Positions 20,042-29,307 of a DNA stretch of 64,000 nt are shown one piece after another (positions within the stretch are counted from its first letter, which is position 1; each line of letters opens with the position of its first letter). The DNA lies in NCBI GenBank assembly GCA_947459425.1, contig CANHDJ010000002.1:60051-124050 (forward strand), written 5' to 3'. A program made the translations under genes and the position numbers. The notes under the pieces were generated by a model. It was not told the origin of the DNA, made no database searches, and saw only the letters and a list, made by a program, of their open reading frames with translations. This DNA is from Ignavibacteria bacterium. GTDB lineage: Bacteria; Bacteroidota; Ignavibacteria; Kapaibacteriales; UBA4661.

Positions 20042-21025
20042 ATGTTTCGCAGTCTTTTTTCTCTTTTGCAAACCGCCAATGGAGCGCGTACCACGAGCGC
20101 GACAGACGATACTTCCTTGTCTCCGATGCCAACGGCAGACGAGGCGGAGCGGGCAATAGAAGAGGCGTTGCGCGAGATGAACATCGTCATTACGCGCCTC
20201 GAAGCAACAAAAGCCAATGCCCAAGCAGAGCGCAATGAAGCATCGGCAATGCTGCAACAATATAAATCTTCCTACGCCGAACTTGCAAGCCAAGCCAGAA
20301 GCCACATACAAGCCGGACGCAACGACGCAGCACGCGAGGCATTAGCAGAGCAGCAAAGCCTTGAATCTGTGATAACGTCGTTTGAACGTATCATCGGCAA
20401 TATGACGGCAACGGTGCAGAAACTCGTGGCGCAGATAGATTCCATGCGGATTCAGCGCGAGGAATTGAAGGCGCGGCGCACGGTGCTTGCCGCAGAACTG
20501 GCTTCGGCACGGTCGCGGGAGGAGTTTTTGGCAAAATTGCGTCAGTCCGGCGCATCGCATGAACTTTTGGAACGCGAAACGATTCACGCGGAATTACGTC
20601 TTTCTATAGACGGCTCTGCCGAAGCGGAAAGCGAAATGCGAGAATTTCATGGTGCTGCGGCTGATGCAGCTTTGAAAGCACTGGAAGCCCAAATCGAACA
20701 AGAGTTTGCCGCAGAACGCGCAGAAAAAGAACAGCTGCAGAACGAAACCAGTTTGAAGCGCTTTCGCACTGCATTTGCGCTGGCAGAAAAAGCATCGGCA
20801 GAAGCCAACAAACAATACCATCCCGCCGAAAGTAGTCAACAAGCTACTTCCAGCGCTTCAGCACAAAAGCTACCTGATAAGCAAAGCATAATTGACAGTT
20901 TTTTTGCGGAACAAAAGCCTCAACCAGGTACTGTTCCTGCGTTCCCAGCGCCCTCCCCCGACAAGAAGTCTGGCGAAACCAATGAAGACCGCATCAACAA
21001 TTTTTTTTTACGCAATCCCTCATAA
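20042..21025 (+). CDS. PspA/IM30 (ESCRT-III-like) family coiled-coil protein with long C-terminal extension
   Basis: MFRSLFSLL amphipathic helix, long Ala/Glu coiled coil with GRNDAAREAL and ELKARRTVLAA. Confidence 0.75.
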   Translation: MFRSLFSLLQTANGARTTSATDDTSLSPMPTADEAERAIEEALREMNIVITRLEATKANAQAERNEASAMLQQYKSSYAELASQARSHIQAGRNDAAREALAEQQSLESVITSFERIIGNMTATVQKLVAQIDSMRIQREELKARRTVLAAELASARSREEFLAKLRQSGASHELLERETIHAELRLSIDGSAEAESEMREFHGAAADAALKALEAQIEQEFAAERAEKEQLQNETSLKRFRTAFALAEKASAEANKQYHPAESSQQATSSASAQKLPDKQSIIDSFFAEQKPQPGTVPAFPAPSPDKKSGETNEDRINNFFLRNPS

Positions 21026-21045
21026 ATCGCTCAGGAGAACCCTCT

Positions 21046-21606
21046 ATGGCTATTTCGCTGCAAAAAGGCGGACGCTTTAACCTTAGCAAAAAAGAGCCTT
21101 CGCTCAAAAAAATCATTATTGGTCTTGGCTGGGACGTAAAGCCCGGTCATACGCTTGACCTCGACGCATCAGTATTCATGCTGGGTGCGGGCGGGAAAAT
21201 TCCGCAAGACGAATACTTTATTTTTTACAATAATCTCAAATCGCCCGACGGCGCAGTGCAACACACCGGAGACAATCGCACGGGTGTTGGCGACGGCGAT
21301 GATGAAGTGATTATGGCGTATTTGCCAATGCTGAATGAGAATATTTTTGAAATTCTGATGGTCGTGACCATTCACGATGCCGACACGCGCCGGCAAAATT
21401 TTAGCATGATTCAAAATGCGTATATTCGGCTCGTGGACGTAGAATCGAACCGTGAAATCTTGCGCTTCAACCTTGCTCAGGATTACCCGACCAGCACTGA
21501 AGTAGAGTTTGGACGGCTTTCCAAAATCAACGGCGAATGGGAATTTGTTGCCTCCGGCACTGGCACACAAACAGGCTTGCAAGGCTATGTGGATAGGTAC
21601 GCTTGA
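21046..21606 (+). CDS. terD: TerD family stress protein
   Basis: ISLQKGGRFNL, GLGWD, DLDASVF, FYNNLKSPDGAVQHTGDNRTGVGDGDDE. Confidence 0.95.
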   Translation: MAISLQKGGRFNLSKKEPSLKKIIIGLGWDVKPGHTLDLDASVFMLGAGGKIPQDEYFIFYNNLKSPDGAVQHTGDNRTGVGDGDDEVIMAYLPMLNENIFEILMVVTIHDADTRRQNFSMIQNAYIRLVDVESNREILRFNLAQDYPTSTEVEFGRLSKINGEWEFVASGTGTQTGLQGYVDRYA

Positions 21607-21678
21607 AAAATCCCCTATTTGTCATAGAACTATCTTCCAAATCAACTTCAATTTTTTAACCTCTCATTACCACGCATC

Positions 21679-22335
21679 ATGGCAATCGAACTCAATAAAA
21701 AAACTGGCATTAGCCTCAAAAAAGGCTCAAGTATTTCGCTCGAAAAAGAAGGTAAACGGCTTGAGAGCGTTTGCATTGGACTGAATTGGGGTGTAATTGA
21801 ACGCACAGAAAAACTCTCCTTTCTCGGTTTCAAATGGGAAGATAAACAGACCTTGAGCGTTGATTTAGACGGCAGTGCTTCGATGTTTGATGCAGAAAAA
21901 ACATACATTGATACGGTCTATTACCGTAAATTGCGCTCCGACGATACGGCAATTCGGCATAGTGGCGACGATCTTGTCGGCGACCGCAATGGCGATGATG
22001 GGCGCGACAATGAAGTGATTGAAATTGACCTTAGCCGCGTAAATTCTCGTGTTCAGACGATTGTTCTCTATCTCAATTCCTTCAAAGGGCAAGATTTTTC
22101 TACGATTCCCTACGCAAAAATTCGCTTGTTTGAAGGAACCAGAGAGCGCGTTGATAATGTTATCGCAACCTTCAATCTTGCCTCCGAGCCGCAGTTTAAG
22201 GGCTTTGTTTCGATGGTCATGGGCAAACTTGTTCGTCAGCCAAACGGAAATTGGGATTGCATTGCCGTCGGCGAGCCAATTCCGACCAAAGGAATTGAGG
22301 AAACAATCCTGCACATCCGCGAGAATTATTTGTAA
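21679..22335 (+). CDS. TerD family stress protein (divergent second copy)
   Basis: LKKGSSISL, GLNWG, DLDGSA, HSGDDLVGD..DNEVI. Confidence 0.9.
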   Translation: MAIELNKKTGISLKKGSSISLEKEGKRLESVCIGLNWGVIERTEKLSFLGFKWEDKQTLSVDLDGSASMFDAEKTYIDTVYYRKLRSDDTAIRHSGDDLVGDRNGDDGRDNEVIEIDLSRVNSRVQTIVLYLNSFKGQDFSTIPYAKIRLFEGTRERVDNVIATFNLASEPQFKGFVSMVMGKLVRQPNGNWDCIAVGEPIPTKGIEETILHIRENYL

Positions 22336-22422
22336 CGGCTTTTGGTGTGCAAATTATGAAGTGCGTGATTGCACTTCTCGCTTGATTTCACGGCATCTTC
22401 CACTCATTATTCCTCAAGCATC

Positions 22423-23505
22423 ATGCCCACAGAAATATCGTCTCGTAAAAAAGACCACGTTGACCTCTGCGTCAGCGAGCGTGTGACGTTTCGCCAGAAA
22501 ACAAGCGGTTTGGAGCGGATTTCGCTTATCCATAACGCATTACCAGAACTCAATTTCGAGGACGTGCGCACAGGCATAACCTTCCTTGAAAAGCAAGTAT
22601 CTATGCCGCTTATGGTGTCGTGTATGACGGGCGGTTATGCCGATGCGGAGCGTATTAACCGTGAATTAGCCGAGGTGTGTGCGGAAATCAATATCCCGAT
22701 GGGAGTTGGGTCACAACGTCAAGCATTGGAGCGTTCGGACTTCCACGAGTCGTTTCGCGTTGTACGCAAGGTTGCACCGAACATTCCTATCACCGCAAAT
22801 ATCGGCGGCGCAGAAGTCGCCAAGCCAGAGGTGCGGACACAACTTCATCGTATCGTAGAAATGATTGAGGCAGACGCACTGACCGTCCATCTGAACCCTC
22901 TTCAAGAGCTGATGCAACCCGAAGGCTCTCCTCGCTTCAAAGGCGTACTGGCGGGCATTGAGGACTTATCCAAAACGCTTGGCGTACCGATTATTGTGAA
23001 AGAAGTCGGCGCGGGAATTTCATCCGGCGTGGCGGTAGCACTGATGGGTGCTGGTGTTCGCATTATTGATGTTGCCGGAGCGGGCGGCACAAGTTGGGCT
23101 GGCGTGGAAATCCTGCGTTCCGAAGGGAAAGCCCCCGAAGACCGTTACAAAGAGGTTTTCTGGGACTGGGGCTTAACAACGGTCGAATGTTTGCAAATGC
23201 TGACCGAAGTAAAAAAATTCCACAAAGGCTTGAAAAATGAAGTAACGATTATCGCTTCCGGCGGCATTAACTCAGGATTGGATGTAGCAAAAACGCTTGT
23301 TCTCGGCGCTGCGCTTGCCGCCGCCGCCAGACCGTTTCTGCAAACGCTCATCGAAGAAGGACAGCCCGCTTTGGCAGCAATGATGCGGGGTTGGCACTAC
23401 CAACTTCGCGCAGCAATGTTTTTGACAGGCGCACAAACTATCAATCAATTACGTCAAACGCCGTATTATCAGACCGCGACGGAAAAGCAAGAAATGTTTG
23501 AATAA
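22423..23505 (+). CDS. fni: Type 2 isopentenyl-diphosphate delta-isomerase
   Basis: RKKDHV, MTGG, GVGSQR, HLNPLQE, KEVGAG, GAGGTSW, ASGGI. Confidence 0.96.
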   Translation: MPTEISSRKKDHVDLCVSERVTFRQKTSGLERISLIHNALPELNFEDVRTGITFLEKQVSMPLMVSCMTGGYADAERINRELAEVCAEINIPMGVGSQRQALERSDFHESFRVVRKVAPNIPITANIGGAEVAKPEVRTQLHRIVEMIEADALTVHLNPLQELMQPEGSPRFKGVLAGIEDLSKTLGVPIIVKEVGAGISSGVAVALMGAGVRIIDVAGAGGTSWAGVEILRSEGKAPEDRYKEVFWDWGLTTVECLQMLTEVKKFHKGLKNEVTIIASGGINSGLDVAKTLVLGAALAAAARPFLQTLIEEGQPALAAMMRGWHYQLRAAMFLTGAQTINQLRQTPYYQTATEKQEMFE

Positions 23506-23565
23506 CTGAATAACACCACTATTTATCGCCACTAACGCTCTTCGGCAGATTGTGTATTTGTACCA

Positions 23566-25341
23566 ATGGACGAACCCAAACCCTCACACGACGACATTCA
23601 CCTCGCCGAAGTACCATTTCTTGTCGTGGACGTGGAAACGACCGGACCAAGCGGAAAAGATAACCGTATTACCGAGATAGCCTGTATCGTGGTACGAGAT
23701 GGCGAGATTATCGAAGAATTTTCTTCGCTCGTCAATCCGCATCAGCATATTCCCACGATGATTGCTGAAATTACGGGCATTTCCAATAGTATGGTCTATA
23801 GCGCTCCCGAAACCGAAGAGGTGATGAGCCGCTTGCGCCCGATATTTGCGCAGCCTTACGCCGTATTTGTGGCGCACAATGCCGCATTCGATTGGTCGTT
23901 TGTGTCGAACACCTTTGTTCGCTCGAATCTCCACATCCGCGAAATACCACGTCTTTGCACCTATAAACTCTCCAAACGCCTTTTCCCCAAACGCACCAAA
24001 CTTAATCTTGGAGCGGTTGCGGCATATTTTGATATTACCATCAAAAATCGTCACCGCGCTCATGGCGACGCTTACGCTACGGCGCAAGCATTTGTGCGGA
24101 TGCTGGAGATTTTGCAGGAGCAGTTTAATGTGCAAACGCTTGATGAATTGCTCACCTTTCAAAACAAACGACTGGGGAATTTCAAGAAAGTCCCTAAGTC
24201 CATTCAAGCATTGCAGGAGCAGTTGGGAAATCTGCCCGACGAGCCGGGTGTTTACTATTTCCGCGACATCCATGATACAATTCTCTACATTGGCAAAGCA
24301 AAATCCCTCAAAAACCGCGTCAACTCGTACTTCCTCCCATCGGCGCAGCATACGGGCAAAATCAAAGACCTCGTAAAGCAAATACGCGATATTCAGTGGA
24401 AAACAACCGGTACCGAGCTTTCGGCATTGCTGTTTGAGTCAAAAGAGATTAAGGCACACAAGCCTCAGTATAACACACTTATCAAAAAGTATCGTCGTTA
24501 CCCGTTCATCCGACTCGGTACGGCTTCGCATGGACATGACACGCCCGACCTTGATTTTAAGCGCCTCGACATTCGTTTTGAAATTGATGACGATGGCGCG
24601 GAATATTTTGGTCCTTTTGGCTCACGCGGCTCTGCTGAAGCGGTTGCGGAGATTATTAGCCGTACCTTTGCGCTGCGAAAGTGTAACATTCCCTTTACGC
24701 CAAGTGCTGATTTTACGCCCTGCTTCTATCATCAAATCAAGCGCTGCCAAGCACCATGCGCCCTGAAGCAAACTCAAGAAGAATATGAACGCGAAACTGA
24801 CACCGTGCGGAAGTTTCTGAGCGGGGAGCGCGTTGGTATTGTCGCGGCACTGAAAACCGCTATGCAAGAGAGTTCCGAGCGTTTGGACTTCGAGGAAGCC
24901 GCACTGCTGCGCAATCGGATGAAAGAACTGGAACGTATTTTCTTTCGGCAGCGCCAGATTTCCTCATCGGTGAACGAGAACAACGTTATCATCATCATAC
25001 CGACCGAAGAGCATGATAAAAAAGTGGAGGTGTTTTTTATTCGGCATGGGCGATTGAAATTTCAGCGTTTGGTCGGCAAAAAACTCCCCATGAAAGAATT
25101 AGAGCGGGCTTTGGAGAATGTTTATGCCGATAACAGTGCTGCTCCGAAACACGCAGGCAAGGAAGAAATTGATGAAATTCGTATTATTGCGAGTTGGATT
25201 TATCAGCATCGGAACGATGGAGTTTTTCTCTATATGCAGCAAAAAACACTGCCCGATGCACTGGAAGAACTCGCAGAACTGCTCTACAAAACGCTTTCCA
25301 CGCCGCAAGTGTATGTGGCGGTTGAGGAAGAATTTGCCTAA
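23566..25341 (+). CDS. DEDDh 3'-5' exonuclease fused to GIY-YIG/UVR (Cho/UvrC N-terminal-like) nuclease
   Basis: VDVETTG, HNAAFD, HRAHGDA; PGVYYF..LYIGKA..RVNSYF; Cys cluster; LDFEEAALLRN. Confidence 0.9.
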   Translation: MDEPKPSHDDIHLAEVPFLVVDVETTGPSGKDNRITEIACIVVRDGEIIEEFSSLVNPHQHIPTMIAEITGISNSMVYSAPETEEVMSRLRPIFAQPYAVFVAHNAAFDWSFVSNTFVRSNLHIREIPRLCTYKLSKRLFPKRTKLNLGAVAAYFDITIKNRHRAHGDAYATAQAFVRMLEILQEQFNVQTLDELLTFQNKRLGNFKKVPKSIQALQEQLGNLPDEPGVYYFRDIHDTILYIGKAKSLKNRVNSYFLPSAQHTGKIKDLVKQIRDIQWKTTGTELSALLFESKEIKAHKPQYNTLIKKYRRYPFIRLGTASHGHDTPDLDFKRLDIRFEIDDDGAEYFGPFGSRGSAEAVAEIISRTFALRKCNIPFTPSADFTPCFYHQIKRCQAPCALKQTQEEYERETDTVRKFLSGERVGIVAALKTAMQESSERLDFEEAALLRNRMKELERIFFRQRQISSSVNENNVIIIIPTEEHDKKVEVFFIRHGRLKFQRLVGKKLPMKELERALENVYADNSAAPKHAGKEEIDEIRIIASWIYQHRNDGVFLYMQQKTLPDALEELAELLYKTLSTPQVYVAVEEEFA

Positions 25342-25363
25342 TTTTTCGCACATTTTTAATACG

Positions 25364-26395
25364 ATGAACACTTCTTCTATACTCAACAAGGATAAAAACA
25401 GCATATTCTTAAGCTGCATTACTACGGTATTTTCTTCTCTGCGCCTCCGCGCCTCTGCGGTCAAAAAATATCGAAGATATGCAAAAACAAGCATTTCAGG
25501 GTATAAAACCCTCCTCAGCCTCATGGTTATTGGTCTGTCGGCTTCTTGCACACCAGACAACAAGGAAGAAAAACCCATTGAAAATGCAGCAATGACGCGC
25601 ACAGCGCCATTTGCACTCCCAACAGAACTTGCAACGCTCAAAACGGATATTCGGCGTATGGATTTGCGCAAAGTTGGTTACGAAGATGCGCTTGTAACGG
25701 TCTTTCCGAAGGATTCGATGGGCGCACGGATTGGTTTTGAAAAATTACAAATTTTCGAGTTTGATACGCTCAAGCAAGCATTTACCAAAGTGCATGAAGA
25801 GAAAGTCTATTACGGAAAATCGCTTGACGTGCGCGATGTGGACGGCGACGGCACATCCGAAATCTGCATTCAGACGGACGGCGGCGGCAATAGCGCTCTG
25901 GCAAGCCTTGGGCTGACGATTCTCAAAAAGCAAAACGGCAAATACTCGCGCGCCGCCAGCTTTGATGCCGGAAACCCTGAAATTATTTCGCTTCCCAATG
26001 GTGAAAAAACCGCGAGCGCCGTGCTGATAAGCGATGAGTATTGGCCCGACTATCTCCCGCATACCGAAGCCGTCGTTTTCATGGATTCTCTTGCTGTGCT
26101 GGTGCAAACGCCGGAAGAAGCGGCAAAAATCCGCGTGAAATTTTTTGATGAGGCTCTCGCAAAGGCAGAACAACGCTATGCGGACGCAAAATCTGTCTTA
26201 AAAGCGAGCCGCAGCGAACAAGCCGTGTTCAACGTGTACACCGAAGCTGTGACGATGCTGCGCCTTCTGCCAAAGTCCTCCCGTAGCGCTTCGTTGCAAA
26301 GTTTTACGACCGTTGAACGTGCCTACTGGCGCTCAATGTTTCCTTCGCGGCTTCAACAGGCGCTTTCCGATGTGTTTTTGCGCCAAGCACCCTAA
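25364..26395 (+). CDS. Hypothetical lipoprotein with FG-GAP-like Ca-binding loop (start uncertain)
   Basis: Lipobox-like GLSASC; DVDGDGTSEI motif. Confidence 0.7.
   Translation: MNTSSILNKDKNSIFLSCITTVFSSLRLRASAVKKYRRYAKTSISGYKTLLSLMVIGLSASCTPDNKEEKPIENAAMTRTAPFALPTELATLKTDIRRMDLRKVGYEDALVTVFPKDSMGARIGFEKLQIFEFDTLKQAFTKVHEEKVYYGKSLDVRDVDGDGTSEICIQTDGGGNSALASLGLTILKKQNGKYSRAASFDAGNPEIISLPNGEKTASAVLISDEYWPDYLPHTEAVVFMDSLAVLVQTPEEAAKIRVKFFDEALAKAEQRYADAKSVLKASRSEQAVFNVYTEAVTMLRLLPKSSRSASLQSFTTVERAYWRSMFPSRLQQALSDVFLRQAP
25437..25461. repeat. Short 8-bp tandem repeat CTCTGCGC/CTCCGCGC/CTCTGCGG
   Basis: Directly visible; resembles dispersed octamer repeats recalled from intergenic DNA of several phyla. 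Confidence 0.6.
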
Positions 26396-26419
26396 TCGCA
26401 GCTATAAACCTCGCACCCA

Positions 26420-29014
26420 ATGACGCTTTTCGTTCATATCGCCCTTCCCCTGCCCACTCCGCGCTTATTCACCTACGCCATTCCATCGGCATTGCTTGGG
26501 GGACAAGCTACCGAGACGCTTGATGCAAAGCGCCTTGTCGGCTGTCGTGCCTTAGTGCCGTTTGGCAAACGAGTCCTGACGGGTGTTATCGTCGAAACAG
26601 GCAGTCCGGCGGATGTGAAAGATGCAAAAAACGTCATGGAATTGTTGGACAGTGAACCCGCCTTCAGCGCTCCAATGCTCGTGTTTGCACGGTGGATGGC
26701 AGATTATTACATGGCTTCGCTGGGCGAAACGCTCAAAATCATGCTTCCGCAAGGAATGTCGCCGGAAAGTGTCGTGCGCGTCAGCGCCGTACTGCGCCCC
26801 ACGCCGGAGCAGCTAACGCAGATGGAGCGCCGCGCACCACGCCGTGCCGCGCTTTTGCAGGAACTTCTTCAGCACGATGGCGATGTCAGCGTCGGTTATT
26901 TGGAACACGTCGTCGGGAGCGGTACGATAGCGGCACAGTTGGAAGCGTTGGAAAATGAAGGATTTATTGAGCGCCACCGCACCTTGACGCGGGAAGTTCA
27001 TGCGAAAACCACCCGTGCGGTGCGGCTTTCACCGCTTTTGCATGACGAAGCCTTTTTCCGTGCGCTCATGGATGACCTCGACAACTCCGCACCCAAGCAA
27101 GCAAGCCTTTTGGGAACAATTTTTCTACATTATTCTCAGTCCGAAGCTGTGCCGCTTTTGGCAAAAGATGCCCTCAAAAGCAGTGGTGGCAAGATTTCTG
27201 AAGCGGTCTTGAAAGCGCTGGTACAAAAAAACTACGTCGAAGAATTTCCCGTTGAAATCATGCGCACAAGCGAAGCCATGTCCTCCGACAACGCTTCACT
27301 GCTTGTTTCCAAGGATGAGTCCGCAGCCACTTTTACGATAGAACAAGACCACGCTCTGGATAAAATTATCGAAGCCACCAGAGCGCATAAATTCAAGACC
27401 TTTTTGCTGCATGGCGTGACGGGGAGCGGCAAAACACTGATTTATCTCCGTGCTATCCGTGAGGCGCTTGATGCCGGAAAAACCGCACTAATGCTTGTGC
27501 CGGAGATTGCCCTTACGCCGCAGCTTATTGAGCGTTTTCGTGCAGTCTTTGGGGAAGAAATTGGCGTAATGCACAGCCACAAATCCATCGGAGAGCGCTT
27601 TGATGCTTGGCAGATGGCGCGTCGCGGCAAGATTCGGATTATTATTGGCGCACGCTCGGCGATTTTTGCGCCACTTCCTAATTTGGGCATTATCATCGTG
27701 GACGAGGAGCATGAGCCGTCCTACAAACAAGACGACCCCGCGCCGCGCTATAACGGGCGTGATTGCGCGATTGTGCGCGGTACGATTGAAGATGCCGTCG
27801 TGGTGCTGGGTTCGGCAACGCCATCGCTGGAAAGTATGTTCAATGCTCGTTCCGGCAAATATCATCTTCTCGAAATCACGGGACGCGCCGATGGTGCGAA
27901 AATGCCGATGATTCAAGTGGTTGATATTCGCTTGCGTCGCAAGCAGGGCAAAATGAATGGCGTTTTTTCGGAAGACCTCTTGAAAGCAGTCGTAGAGCGG
28001 ATTGAAAGGCGCGAAGGGGTGATTTTATTCCAAAATCGTCGCGGCTTTGCCTCACGCTTTGAGTGTTTGGATTGCGGGCATATTCCGATGTGTCCGAACT
28101 GTTCGGTTGCGCTGACCTACCACAAATACCGCGACCAACTGCGCTGCCACTATTGCGGACACAGCCACGCGGCGGAAAAGTCCTGTACAAACTGCGGTTC
28201 TCTCACGATTAAAGAAATCGGCTCAGGAACGCAGCGCATTGAGGAAGATCTGCACGAAGAACTCGCTAAAGCTCTTGAAATCTATCGCGGTGGGAAGTCG
28301 GGCGAAAAGCGCGAGGTCGTTATTCAGCGTATGGACTTGGACACGACCACCAAAAAAGGCTCTCACGTCGAGATGCTGACGCGCTTTGCCAAAGGTGAAA
28401 TTGATATTTTGTTGGGAACGCAGATGGTGGCGAAGGGGCTAGATTTTGCGCGAGTTACGCTCGTCGGTGTCATTAATGCCGATATGCAGATGTATTTGCC
28501 GGATTTTCGTGCTGCCGAGCGCACCTTTCAGCTTCTGACGCAAGTAGCAGGGCGGGCTGGGCGGAGCAGTGAATTTCATGGCGAAGTCATCATCCAAACA
28601 GCGCACCCCAAGCATCAAACCATTATCGCCGCTACACTCGGCAGCTACGAACTCTTTTACAACGACGAACTCCAATTCCGCCGCGAAGCGCTCTACCCGC
28701 CATTTTCGCGTTTTGTGATGATTGAATTTTCCGGCAAAGACGAGGAACTCGTCAACGCGCAAGCACAACATTTTGCCTACTTTATCCCGCACGAAAACAA
28801 GGCGTTCACGCGATTAGGTCCTGCGCCGCCCTCGATTGCAAGGCTTCGCGGACTGTATCGGCGTATCGTTGTGCTGAAAAATCACCGCGAACACGACGCT
28901 TCGGGACGGGCAATGCGGAGCGCCATTCTTCATGCTCACCAACTTTACAACCAAAAATATCCTTCCAGCGCTGTGCGCATCACGATTGATGTTGATGCGG
29001 CGGGGTTTGTGTGA
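26420..29014 (+). CDS. priA: Primosomal protein N'
   Basis: VPFGKR, GVTGSGKT, DEEHE, four CxxC, GTQMVAKGLDF, QVAGRAGR. Confidence 0.98.
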   Translation: MTLFVHIALPLPTPRLFTYAIPSALLGGQATETLDAKRLVGCRALVPFGKRVLTGVIVETGSPADVKDAKNVMELLDSEPAFSAPMLVFARWMADYYMASLGETLKIMLPQGMSPESVVRVSAVLRPTPEQLTQMERRAPRRAALLQELLQHDGDVSVGYLEHVVGSGTIAAQLEALENEGFIERHRTLTREVHAKTTRAVRLSPLLHDEAFFRALMDDLDNSAPKQASLLGTIFLHYSQSEAVPLLAKDALKSSGGKISEAVLKALVQKNYVEEFPVEIMRTSEAMSSDNASLLVSKDESAATFTIEQDHALDKIIEATRAHKFKTFLLHGVTGSGKTLIYLRAIREALDAGKTALMLVPEIALTPQLIERFRAVFGEEIGVMHSHKSIGERFDAWQMARRGKIRIIIGARSAIFAPLPNLGIIIVDEEHEPSYKQDDPAPRYNGRDCAIVRGTIEDAVVVLGSATPSLESMFNARSGKYHLLEITGRADGAKMPMIQVVDIRLRRKQGKMNGVFSEDLLKAVVERIERREGVILFQNRRGFASRFECLDCGHIPMCPNCSVALTYHKYRDQLRCHYCGHSHAAEKSCTNCGSLTIKEIGSGTQRIEEDLHEELAKALEIYRGGKSGEKREVVIQRMDLDTTTKKGSHVEMLTRFAKGEIDILLGTQMVAKGLDFARVTLVGVINADMQMYLPDFRAAERTFQLLTQVAGRAGRSSEFHGEVIIQTAHPKHQTIIAATLGSYELFYNDELQFRREALYPPFSRFVMIEFSGKDEELVNAQAQHFAYFIPHENKAFTRLGPAPPSIARLRGLYRRIVVLKNHREHDASGRAMRSAILHAHQLYNQKYPSSAVRITIDVDAAGFV

Positions 29015-29307
29015 TGTACTTTTTCTACTGGCAGCGCTCCCGTGAGTAGCCCTTATTTTGTACGCGCTTCACGGCTTTTTTATTCGACAATTTATCATCC
29101 AAAACTCAATACGACTGACGATGAATCTCTACACAAATCGTTTGTGGGATTGAACGATTTTCCCTAGATTGCGACGGTCTTGCAGCGCTGACGGCATTAG
29201 ATTATGCTCCAAAAGCAGTAATTACGGCTCTTTCAGTGCAATCGTGAGTCAAACTCTACTGTGCATAACATTCTTATCGTTATTTTCACCCTCATTTATT
29301 CGGCATT

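Noticed and set aside
23584-24381. 265-aa minus-strand ORF
   Set aside because: Lies wholly antisense to the DEDD-GIY-YIG gene; no recognisable features.
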